A DNA stretch of 64,000 nt from Aplysia californica (Eukaryota): the NCBI RefSeq assembly GCF_000002075.1, contig NW_004797360.1, positions 67,790 to 131,789 of the forward strand, given 5' to 3'. The translations under genes and the position numbers were made by a program. This document shows positions 23,056 through 36,100 of the stretch, in pieces; position 1 is the first letter of the stretch, and the number at the start of each line of letters is the position of its first letter. The notes below the pieces were generated by a model. That model ran no database searches. It had not been told where the DNA came from and worked only from the letters and a program-made list of their open reading frames with translations.

Positions 23056-26000
23056 GGAGGGGGGATATATAAAGAAGGGCATGACGAGTGATCTAGATTT
23101 ATAAGAAGAGGCTATACTTGATAGATGATTGTGAAAGCAAGGATCGATTTTTCATTTCAATAAAAAAGCAAGAAAATAATGTGACATACCACAATTTTGC
23201 TCACAACGGTGATGGACAATTTTGCTTTACAAAACTCAGCTTTACGACTCGAATTTGGGATTTACATTAATTTTGCGGTAAAGAATGGCTCTTTGTTTTT
23301 TAAAAGAAAGTAACAACCCTATTTTCAACATTTTGGAGTTTCCACATTAAGGCTCTTGACCAGCGAAAGGACCTCACTCATAATAATTATTGCTTCCATT
23401 ATGCCGTTCCTGCATCGAATTATAATGTTCGAACTGGAAAGACTGCATGCTCCTAAGGGGTCATACACTTGTACCAGGCGGTTTTAACCTGAATGGAAAC
23501 CGGGGTTTGAACTGTCGCGCAAAACCGCCATTCGATGGGTCGGCGCGTCATAGACATCACGCATGGTTTAACTGCAGCGAGTGTACTGACAATGACCATT
23601 TGCTTGCAATTTATGTGCTGCTTGTGAAGAAGAATTTTGTTTTCTCTTTAATCATTGAAAAAACATAAATTCTGCTCGGATTTTGCCATAAAAATGGATC
23701 GCTCGTCTAAAACATGTAATCAGATTTTATGTTCGGTAAATCATTTTGAAGATATTGGCAGTGACAAGATAAGCCGGCTACCGCTAAGCCCGCGACGTCA
23801 CACAAAGGCTGTTGTCGACGGAACGCGCTGAACTGTAGTCAGAAAATCCACAAGTTGAAACTGCCGGTTCGGCCTTCCGGTTTAACTTTTTTTCTTGAAT
23901 TTTTTCGTCCACATATTATTATGCCGTTCCGCCTCCAGGTTTGCCTTTCCATTCCGAATCGGCAGTTTGGAACGTATATGTGTAGGGGGCCTAAATGAGA
24001 TCCAAACTGGAGAGTGTTGTACTGTGGGGTTTATCAGTTCAAAACTTAAGGCCGTGGAGTCAGTTTGAGCTTGGGTGCTGTAAGAATACAGTACGCACTA
24101 TCATGCTTTTACTAAGACAATCTGGCTCACTGGTGACCAGCTATGTTGATACTACCTAACAGGGCTTACCTGGGCCGAGTGGAAAACAGAAGGAAGGAGG
24201 TGATCTTATAAAATTGATTTCCCGGCACGCGAGTCATTTTGTATAAATACAAGTTTTACGGCACAGACAACACAATAAGGTTATATAAGCGCCGAAGATT
24301 AGAGGTTTCACTAGAGAGTCACGGACAAGGAAAAAAAGAAGTAGACAGGAATGATAGATATTGTTTGTTTTCTTTTAGTGGAGGTTTTACGGGGCTCGCA
24401 ACGAATAATAGATATTTGAGAGTAAAAGAGGAACAAACCGCACCAGGGCACCTATTAAACACGCGTGAAATCCTGTCTTTGTTGAGCAAAAAAAGCTGCG
24501 GAACCTGACTTTTACACACGGACGCTCGGGATAGTCATAGGATATACAAACGAAGACTAAGAGCGCTTGTCCACAGCCTCCGCTCCGCTCAGCTCCTCAC
24601 CGCTCCTCACTTTTGTGCATCAAACATGCCGAACGCTTTACGGGTTGTGCGGAAAGCCGGGTGTGTTATATTGATACAGTGTGGCTCATCATACTACTCT
24701 GAAATCAGTACATGCTGTTCTCGTTAGCCTATCGCTATATTCATCAATTGTTAACTGGGTTTTTAAAGATAAAGAGTGTGACTAATGGTATGGATATTAC
24801 TGCTGCTGCTTCTGCTGCTGCTTCTGCTGCTGATGCTGCTGTTGGCGGTGACGGTGACAGTGACTGTGACGGTGATGATGATGATGATGATGATGTTGAT
24901 GGGATTAATGACCAAGGGAAAAAAAACAGTTAAGCCAGGGCTTGTTCATATTTCTTTTTAATCCAGAAAAGCACGTCGTCAGAAGAAAATCAAATGTAGC
25001 TTTCTTCATCCGTAGATAACGATAGATAAGCTCACCTCGGAAGATAGTCTATGCATTTTTCTTCATCGTAGACTATCTTGGGTAGGGTACGAAATTCTCC
25101 TGGTCTGGTGAGGTGACGACATTTTGGATGATTCCAATAACGACGATAATTGGAGAGATATTTCCTTTTTACCACTGCTAAAGACAGATTGTGCGTTTTC
25201 ATGTCAGCGCCATTTTGCATAGAAAGTATGGGTAAAGACGACCTGCACGTTTCTATACCAACATTTTAAGATGAGGAGCCTAAGTTGTGGACACCTAGCC
25301 TTAACGTGCGGAGTGGAGTCACCTTCCAGCACCTTTTTCTCGCCTGGGCCCAATTTGGGGAGCGGCAGGTTTGATTTACAGGAAAAGCGTTGCAAGCGAC
25401 AGAGTAGAGCCACCAACCTCTTTTTGAGGCTAGTCCCCTCCAAGCCCCCAAAAAGGTCAGTGACTGAATTTTAACGCAGCACTAAAATTTCTCGCACCTT
25501 CAGTCACCCAAAACCCCCCACTCGGTGTGTGTACTCACTTGCACACGATACAAAAAGGCTTGCTCCATTAAATGATGATATTCACCATATTTACTACGAC
25601 GTTAGTATATTTTGTGAATCCAGTAACACGTCTGTTCAGCCTTCGTTTTCTCAATATAAAACCATCCCCTGAAATATTTCTTCGTCCATCTTGCTCAGAC
25701 AGGGCTCGTCCAGCCTCGAAAATATTTTTACATTGGTGAAATAGAACAAAAATCACAAACACTGATTCAAAAGAGTGAAGATGTCACCCCTTAATAGAGG
25801 ACGTCGGGGGAGGTGAGAGGCCTTCACTCTGTCGCCGACTTTCCTCTCCCCTTGCTCTCCCCTAAAGGGGAGTGGAGAGGCTTGGGGCTAGCTCCAGAAA
25901 GGTGACTCTACTCTGTCTATACCTACTTTAGGGACAGGCTGGCGTAAAACTTGTATCTGGTTGCCAGGAGGACATGGGTGGAGTTAGACCCCTAAAATGA

Positions 26001-28339
26001 GAAGTTTATCAAGACTATCGGACACTGGCTCTTTCCTGTTACCTGTGGTCCTGCTTCCGTAACATTTGTATTGATGGATGATGCTATAAACGTAGCCTAA
26101 CCCGTGCTGGTGATATCAATTAGTTTATATTCTGAAGTAATGATAATAGTTCGTCCGTCAGTGTATGACGATGAACAAAGCATCTGAAAAGGATTGCGCA
26201 TGTATTTCTTATGCTAAATAGTAGACTAGACATAAGGGGTAAGATGACTTGCGGTTTCTGTTACGGCCAAAGAGACTAATTCTAGTAGAGAAGAGTTCGT
26301 CAGTTGAGCATTTAGAAGCATTGTACCACTCCACAGATGTGCACAGCTTGGGAGGTTCGCTCTAGGCTTTAGCATATCTGAAGTTTCTCTCTCTTAGTTT
26401 AGTTTTAGTAGAGGTTTTACGGCGCTCGCAACTGCATTATGTCATGAGCACCAGAAGATTAGAGGTGTTACAAGATAGTAACAAACACAAAAACGAAGAA
26501 GTGGAGATAAGGACGATATATGTTTCATAGATAAGAAGAAGCAAACCACACCAGAGCACCAGCCAACCACCCACTTTCTCTCTCTAAAAGGATTATCGTC
26601 GATGGTAGTGGTAGGTGTCAAGAACCTCGAGGAAAATGTGTAACTCTAAAAATGAAGACAATGAGGACGTTTTGAGAAAGGTTTGACTACTTTCCAAAGC
26701 ACCAATTGTACTCTAATCAGTACCGCGCCTATGATACCCTTTCTTTTTCTGCCATAAATACACGTCCCCACCCTTTCAAAACAGTCAGTCCAACATCTAT
26801 GTGGGGAAATATGGTTTGGGTAATGTGATATAATCACAAATCAAAACAGTTATTACTAAATAGTGATTTTATTCAATCAAACATTTAAATATGATCGTTT
26901 GACATAGATAATTGGTGTAAAGAGTAAATAACAAAAATAATAATATAATATCATGAAAACTATGCCGTAACAAAAATATACAAACCAAGATAACAATTAT
27001 ATTATGAACTGATACAGGTAGTTTGAAAGACAGAATCTGAGTGATTTTGAAAGCAAGACATTGTCTTTCTCAGCTGAACACACGCCAAAGAAGGTTTTCT
27101 AAAGAAAAAGTCAATGACCTTCGGATTACACTTGAATGCGAACGTCAGATGTTGTTTTCGAAAAACCTAACTAGCCAGACGATGAGATCTGTGTTATAAG
27201 CATACAGAAGTGTTCACTTTTCTAAAGCTCCTCAAATTTGGCTGAACCATAACATCAAGCGTACATAAATGATTGTTGACTCACAGGTAACTGGATCATT
27301 TCCAGTGTGCATATAAAACTGTTGAAATACAGAAAATTCCAGCAGAACAATGTACGTCATAATATAATATCAAACTACGTCAAAAGAAACTGATAAGAAT
27401 CTACAAAGATATTGTGTTTCTCAAATACTCAACTAAAAATTCAGGAAGCGTGATAATATTGAACAAGTGTAGGGCACTCAAAAATGCAAAACCATATCTT
27501 ATGACATGTCAAACTAACGAGGTCAAACACAGATACAATTTTGAAAACTGGAAAATCAAGTTACAATCGTGAGAGATTATCTCCATAACAAATTAATAGG
27601 ACAAAATGTCAATCTTTTCCACACGTGGTCTTACATGTTTGCTTCTTCAAACTACATATAAATCTTGGAGTGAAACAAACACAAAAGGCATAAACATATA
27701 AATACACACGACCTTGGAATGGCCCGCACAATGGAAATAAAAAAGAGAATTCAATGTAGACTTAAGTAATTCGTGCACACCGGGGAGTGGATGACTTAAA
27801 ACAGTGCCATGAGGAAAGAGAAAGGTGGCATTAACTTGCATTAATTTAGTAGACCAGATTTGATGCTTAGAGTTGAAGGTAACTCGCGCACATGTGAAAG
27901 AATGGACTAAACGACAGATGCTTTTGGGTGTGCACTTTTCCCTGAACAAACGTTATTGCATGCTTTCTCATAAGATCCTTCATATAGATTTCATTTACAA
28001 ATTCGTAGGCAAATCTGTTTGTCATGGACACTTTATTTAATTCATTAACTATTCTTCACACAAGACAAAACCAACTAAAGAATGAAAAGCAGAAAAATAC
28101 AATACTTTCGTCATATAAAACACCACCAGATCATTACGAAAGAAATACTTGCAGGTAAGATGTTTAGTTTTAGTAAGAGTTTTACGGCACTTGCGACACA
28201 ATAAGGTCATACAAGTGCCGAAGAATAGATGTGTTACAATATAGTAACACAAAAAAGGAGGAGGAGAGATAAGGTCAATAGATATTTGATAAGAAAAAAG
28301 GAGCAAATCACACCAGAGCACCCGCCAACCACCTACAAG

Positions 28340-28517
28340 GTAAGACGTGGGAGAAAAGTGCTAGGGGTGGACAAAGAACAACGTAGACCAATAACGCCAA
28401 GGCATTGACAGGCCTAAGTATAACAGAGTCAATAACGACAGCTAGCAACCGTAAGCATTGGCGGGTGACTGCACGTCAACCTCTGAACCAGAGATACACC
28501 TCCAGATTCCAGATTCT
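28340..28517 (+). mobile_element. Decayed RTE-like LINE 3' end
   Basis: Degenerate RTE C-terminal sequence (TGLSI...TASNRKHWR) ending in a (CCAGATT)n tail. Confidence 0.5.
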
Positions 28518-29839
28518 TCATAGCACACTTAACATTTTATAGAAATTACCTTCACAACTTGGGAGATCATTGGTAGGCATTGAATAAACACTTAAAGAGC
28601 AAGTCAATAGCCCACTATAGGGTCTCATTATACAAGTGACATTGTAAAAAAGAAAACAAGAACAACGATAAGAACCCAACTTCAAGCTCGTAAAAAACCA
28701 CATAGCTAACTAAATGTAACTCATACCATGTGATTTCTTACACTGAGTACAAAGCTAGCATACAAGGAGAAGGTGGAAAATCAAAAGAAGGGAATACCGT
28801 TTTGTAACATGCACATCCAGGGACATTCAACACATCAAAGAAAAAAAACCGGCTGTTCTAACCCCCCCCCCCCCCCCCCCCAGCTTGTTCATATTTCTTT
28901 TTAATCCAGAAAAGCACCCCAATTGGATACAAACATGTTATTTTCGAGGCTCTTACTTTATATCGGGCTGAAAAGATACATTTCAAATAAGAAAAGAACG
29001 AATTTGACCCTTTTTAGATTGGAGTGTTACACTCTAGTATATTGCAAGTTTAGTTAACGCCCGAGTTGGCAACCCCATAATTCAAGTCTATCTAAAAGAA
29101 GACAGCGAAAAATGATATATTAACATGTTACAGTCCATATTATCTAACTTCAGTAATCTCTTCATCGTGTTGGTCATTTAAACAACGGTTCTTGAAGACA
29201 GGAAATGTATGCCCTCAGTGAATGTAGTCAACAAGTTTTTCTGACCTGTCAGTACTTGATGGTAGTTTTGGAGATCGGGGCCAGAGTCGCCTAGAACTAA
29301 TAATAATATTATTATAATAATTGCATTAATATAAGGCATATCCGTGCTCTCCGACATAATCTATGCGCTTTACACGTACTATTACCCCAGCACAGACCCT
29401 ATAACACTCAGAAACATTATTGGTTTCCTAGGACACATACACTACAAGCTGAGGGTTTTATGCGCTCAAAAAATAGCAAACTGACTAGATCTTCCACTGG
29501 TTATAGCCGGGTACCCATTTCCACCTGGGTGAAGTGAGAAAAATTCGTGTAAACTGCCTTTCCCAAGGACAAAACTTTGGATGCCTGACTGGATTTGAAC
29601 TCATGGATTTATGGTTGTGAGTCTTGGTTGAAAAGGTAAAAACCGATGTCTCCTTCACTGGAACTAGCGCTCCAGGAATTGGAAGAACAAACACACAACA
29701 ATAGGACATTATTAGATAATTTCCTGAGAAAATTTATTTCTGAGAACAGATACCCATTAGACCATTAACAGTCTTCTCCAAAATAAACACACATGACATA
29801 ATCATGGTATTATGATTATCAAACCAAGGGTGATCTGAC

Positions 29840-29994
29840 TCAGTCACAGTGTTTAGAACAATTATAGTTGATATCTTGACTCAGTTCACGAAACACAGAC
29901 GATTGTTCCAGGGGAAGGCATTCAGCATGTTCCATGTGGAAAAAAGACAAGTTCGACGAGTTGGGTGTTTGCCCTTTAACTTCAACGTGAATCT
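29840..29994 (-). CDS. Candidate terminal exon of the FAS-like gene
   Basis: Polypyrimidine tract plus cccag acceptor followed by short open frames; frame ambiguous, and N gaps upstream may hide exons. Confidence 0.3.
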
Positions 29995-32900
29995 GGGCAT
30001 CAGCAGAGAAATGAAAAGGAAAAACATTAGATGATTTTTCATTCATATGTCATGATGACAGAGGAACAGTTCTGAATAAATAAAAATCAACCAGTAACAA
30101 ACTAAATAGGTAAATAAAAGAGTTAGTTATACGGTATCCTTAGAGACAGAATTGAGTTTCTTTTATTTGTCGGCAGCATCATGTTGGTATATGTATTTGT
30201 GGGTGGGACTCTATGATTGCAAGCCAGACGTCTTGATGACAGTCTAATATGGAATTCTATGTGTTTGTGTGTGTGTGCGTGTGTGTTTGTGTATGTGTGT
30301 CTGTGAGTGAGAGAGTGTTTTGTGCTTGCGTGCGTGAGTGCATGCGTGCGTGCGTGCGTGCGTGCATGCGTGTGAAAACGAAAGAAGGTTAAAGGGAAGA
30401 CAGANNNNNNNNNNNNNNNNNNNNNNNNNNNNNNNNNNNNNNNNNNNNNNNNNNNNNNNNNNNNNNNNNNNNNNNNNNNNNNNNNNNNNNNNNNNNNNNN
30501 NNNNNNNNNNNNNNNNNNNNNNNNNNNNNNNNNNNNNNNNNNNNNNNNNNNNNNNNNNNNNNNNNNNNNNNNNNNNNNNNNNNNNNNNNNNNNNNNNNNN
30601 NNNNNNNNNNNNNNNNNNNNNNNNNNNNNNNGGTAGAAACAGANNNNNNNNNNNNNNNNNNNNNNNNNNNNNNNNNNNNNNNNNNNNNNNNNNNNNNNNN
30701 NNNNNNNNNNNNNNNNNNNNNNNNNNNNNNNNNNNNNNNNNNNNNNNNNNNNNNNNNNNNNNNNNNNNNNNNCTAATAACTATCTGAACTTCAAATCCAG
30801 AAATGGAAGCAACTGAGTAGGATTAAAGTAGTACGGTATAAGTATAAGAACAAAGAAGAAAGGAGTTCAAACCCCGTCCTCAATTGTCGGTTAGTTCTCA
30901 TACCATGCCCCCAAGGGGCTAAATAGAAAAGTCTTGTTCTAATTAACCCCAAAATACCGCACTGAAATCGAAAGCATCACAAGCTAATAGCCTCGCTGTT
31001 ATAAAGTTCCTATAAATTAATAGTTAAGAAGTAGTTAACGCTTGCTTGTACTGTACCCTGTGACTTTTGCTATGAAGACGTTTTCTGTCAGCTTTCCTAT
31101 GCCATTTCCATTAGATTTGCAGGACCAGGTGTAGAATGGCTTGAACTGACATCTGCTGTTTCGGGAGACTTAATAAAGAAATAAAAGACGTACATCACTC
31201 ATAAAACTAATCAGATATCAAAGTAAGTTTCGTAATTATAATATACGTACTGACATATTGGTCCGTGGAAGCAAGAGGAAAACAATCAGTTTAAAAAGTC
31301 ATATTTTGAAAATTGATAATTGGATTCGTACTCTGGCAAAATATGTCTTTGTTATTCAGCATTGTAGCATTTCAAAATAGGAGATTATTATAACAAGCAG
31401 TTAAACTGTTTAATTTTGCTGGAGACACTGTCTTATTACAAGATGTTTCATTCGTCTAAAGCCGTTACTCTTACAAGAAGCAAAATGAGGCCAGGGTGAT
31501 TCGATGTGCTTTGTGAAACTCTGCAACATACTTGATGTTAATTTCTTTCCTATCGTAATTTTGAAATACTAGGCCTACAATGTTGAACAACGGAGAGACA
31601 TTCCAGTCAATAGCAAACAAGATTTGTCTTACAATGAGAGACACTAGGGAAAAAGATATGAGATCATCTAACAACCTTTGTCAAACGTTAATGTCAAACA
31701 TGCTTTGTTTGTTTGTTTTTATGTGTTGTTTTGTCGTTTTGTTTTGTTTTGCTTTGTTTTTTAATCCAAGCTCCCCACTTTCAGTAGTTATATGAGTCTC
31801 ATCCACATGAAGAAAAAGCAAACCTCTCCCACAAGAGGGTGATCCTGTTTACAATAGAAAACTATTGAAAGTCTAAAGCTCATATTGTATTCTCTTCCCC
31901 ACCTCATGAAAGCTCGTAAGTAGTTTTGCAAGCAGTGTGCGTGGTCCAATTATTGAGAGTTGCCCCCCCCTCCCCTCAAATCCCTTCCGAAAAAAGAAAG
32001 AAAGAAAGAAGTATAGTAAAAATAAAACATTTTCTAGTTTTAAAGCATGCAGCAAGAATTTGAGAATAGAACAATGTCTAACAAAACTTCTTTACCTGCA
32101 AGTTTTACGTCGCCTTATGTTTTAGCAAAAACGTCATGGAGAAAAGGCACAATGACCTTGAGCAACCAAATAATAGAAATGATATGTTATTCTACTTACA
32201 AACACAGAAGGAATGACGCTGCTGGAGACAGGGGCTGGTGTGAGCAATCTTTCAGCAATATAGCAAACCACTGAAGTTTGGACAGATAAACAGTTCCCAT
32301 ACTCGTGACTCGCAGTCTCTGGTCCAACAAACAGAGAATTCAGGAGATCTTTTTCACTGGGTCTGTGGTCTGGGCTCAACTCAAGAACCTTGCCCAATAC
32401 TCTATAGAAATAACCTTCCACTCCAGACGGGTATAAATTGGAGATCTGTTAATAGAGGCATGAAGATTATATGAATGCAAATGAGAAAGACATTTAGCTG
32501 AACTTCATCGTGTGAAAACTGTTCGAATTATTTGCTTTTGTAGGGGTTCAGGAAATATATTAACACATCATAGGTCTTTGAAAGTAAAATGAAAAATAAA
32601 ACAGACAGAAGCTAATAACAGAGAGGGAGATTAAAATAGGACCTAAAAGTGAGACGTTCCACCTACTCGCGTCAAAATTCTAAAGTGTCTTTCAGCCATG
32701 CTTGAGATAAATACCCTGTGAAGAAGCTAGTCGGAAATTCTCTAAAACTGTTACAAACAAAACTTCATCATTCAAAACTTTAAGTGGGAGGTACACTTAC
32801 TCAACTAGTCAGGTCTGCAAGATCAGGCTTGGGTGATTAGTCAGGCTCAGCAACATATACGTACCAAGGGAAATTCGGCGTGAATAAACGATATGGTCCC

Positions 32901-33131
32901 AAGAGCAAATAATACATAATAAATATGCTCGAAATGTATAGTATCCTTGTTCAAAATGAACATACAAAGCTATATGTGTTTTACTTTGTGAACGTAATAG
33001 CATAATATTATTATCAAGGACTTGTGAAGCCCCACCGACTCCATTACAATTATCAATGAGTGAGAGTGGTACTTATCTCATCCTCAATTGTGTATCGCAG
33101 CTTTATGATTGTCAAAGATACCACACACACA

Positions 33132-33181
<50 letters not shown>

Positions 33182-36100
33182 TTTCCCACTGCCCTAAATC
33201 AACTACCAAGTAGCATTCGATAAAAACCCAAGGGGAGGGGTTGATTTGGGGCAATCATTATACTTGCTATGCAGAGCCAAACTGGCATTTTCTCAGGTCA
33301 TTATGTTTATAGCTAGGTTTTTATCTATCATACCGCATCTTGTAAAAATCAGGTGGCATCATAAGTATTACCCAATTTAATAACCGCTTACAAATCAGCA
33401 AACTTACAGTGTCATTGAGAGAGCTCATGGTATCTTCCATCAGATTCTCGAACTCTGCGTGCTTTTCAGGGGACATGGTCATGGTTTGTTGGACCACGTG
33501 CTTCGCGTCAACGCAGTGTAAGGAAATGTTGCGTAGGAACACACTCAAACCGATGTCTCGTTCAGAATCCACATTGCCACAGAGCACCACGGACCCACTA
33601 GTCTTTACTAAACTCAGGAATTCAAAGAGCTCTGTCGACAAAATATTGATCAAGAAGTTTAGTGAGCACAAAAAAATCTTAGATTTAAACAGCTCTGTAT
33701 ACATCTTATGATACTCATAAGGTTCTCTTGACAGGACTTGATGGGGGTTCAGATAGACGCTAGTTCAGCTGAAGCAAAACACTGTTGATAAAAACGAGAT
33801 AACGGTTGCATTTGGACACATGAGCTATGGACCAAAGAAAGAGTACATAATGTATCAAGGGAGATCAGGCAATTTGATTTCTGTTTCAGCCCATAGTGTG
33901 CTGAAGCCTATTTCAATACTACAAAGTAAACTCCAATCTATTAAGCTTTCCTGGGACGTTAGGGGCACAATAATCACAATTTGACTTGTCCTGGGCTAAG
34001 AGTCTGTGTACCAAGCCATCTTACCAAATGCACTGCACGAGGTTGAATTTACACCTCTTCTCGACCAAGGGCTTGCTTCATAGTTATAATATGACTACAG
34101 GAAGTCTAAGAACACAGCATCGGGTGCGAGTTTGAAGAAACACACATATAATTTATCTACACACCGATATGTTTAAAGGGTTCTCCTTGGCTCAGGGTTT
34201 GCATGTCTTTCAGTCTCACAAAAGTTACACGTCTATTGACACTGGCGTCGATGGGCTTTGTGTTCAATATGATTACACAACTAGAAAAGAGCGATGTTCA
34301 AGAACCTGATGCTTATTGAAAGTGCGTACATTTGTCAAAAGTAGACCATTGAAGTGTAATGGTAGGAGAAAAGTAAGCCAAAATATATTTTAAAAGAAGA
34401 AATTTAACATGGAGGGAGGTTATCATGCCATAAAAGTAAAAGCCGAAATACAGAATGTTTCTTACCATGACGAGGCTGGAACATGATGACTACGTCACAT
34501 CCTTGCCCGTCTGTGAGCGGACGTACGTTATGGCTGCTGACAGAGTCCCGCAACATAATACATCGTGGCATTAAAGTCCGCAGTTCCTCAATAACAAAAG
34601 TTAGGTTTGACGCAGAAATCACAAACTTACAGCCCAGGTGGTGAGCTACCAGCAGCATGACACCAGAGTCCTTGTCTGTGCACCAAAAATAAAAAGAGAA
34701 AAAAAAAACTAGTGGGTTGGCTCAGTCAGGTTTTGCGTTATACACTAATTAATACACTACTGCTCATTTAAAAACCAGGGCAGTTTGGTCCAGCACAAAC
34801 AATGACTTAGTGAAAATACCCGAAATCGCATCTTCATAACTAACTATGATAAAAAAGAGTTGACATGTCATTAGGGGGAAGGGAGGTGTATATCGAAATC
34901 AATAATGATTTTGGGGGTACAGAAGACCGGACCCTTGTGCAGACTCAATGCATGTGTAGCGGTGTAACAAGAATGGTGGATACCTATTGATCCCAACGAA
35001 GAGGGCTTTTACCTTAAGACAAATCGTAATACTTATACTCGGTAGCGTTGTGTTGTCTTTGGCTCTAAGATATCCATAAACACGTCACTATCCTAAGAAG
35101 TAGCGAGTTGCAACAAGAACAAAGTAAACTGAAGAGAGAAATCGAAATTGTGCTTTTCTTTCTCGTATTGGTCTTGAATGTACATATTATAATATGAATA
35201 TAAGTTTCGGGGTGCATACTCTAGACTTTAAAAAATTGGTTTGTCTTAAGAACGTTAGCTAGATCTAGGAAACATTATAAAGCATATCAAGTTCCTAACA
35301 TTCTAAAATGCCTCCCCCCCCCCAAAAAAAAAAAAGAAAGAATTGAAAACTAACTTTCCCTTAGCGCTTTCTGGTCTTTAAAAAATAGTAAGCAATGCCA
35401 ATTAAACTTACATTAATATACATTAACTGTATGTTCATCTTATACAGGATCATATTTTGCACAACATTTCAAGATATGCTCATCAATCAGTTTTTCCTTT
35501 ACAAATAAAGACTTTAGTTTTAATAGTTTGTTGCGAAACTTACATAAAGGAGGTTGGACGAGCACCGTCTTTTTGCTGATATTTCTACTGTTAAGTCGGC
35601 CTAGATCCCTCAGGATGTGAAGAGCAAATATCACATTCAGGACATTCTCAAGGTGGGAGAGGCTGAAATGCTTGTTCACACGGAACCGGGAGTGGATAGA
35701 TGGCTTGCCTAGGGAGAGCGAAGATTTAAACAAGTTCGGCAAAAAAGTGTGGTAAGTGCAGCCTTACTCTAGAATTTGACATGATGCTTTTGAATAAAAT
35801 AGGGGAAATGTTAAAACCACATCCTAATACGAGCACTAACAATTCTAGAATTAACAGTAAGCCAAGAATGGCAGATGTCCTTGCTTTACGAACCCGTTGA
35901 AACAGTTCAGAACATTTAAGAGGTGGGGCAGTAAGACTGGAGTACATAATGTTTTGGAATTGTTTCACTTTTCATAAAAGCGAGATCTATATTTATAATT
36001 TGTTTATGTGTAACTAAAATAAGGACATCGCATTATGGGCCACCGAATCAAAGAGAATGGACCACTGAGGGGGATTCACAATTACTAGAAATGTTGCTGG

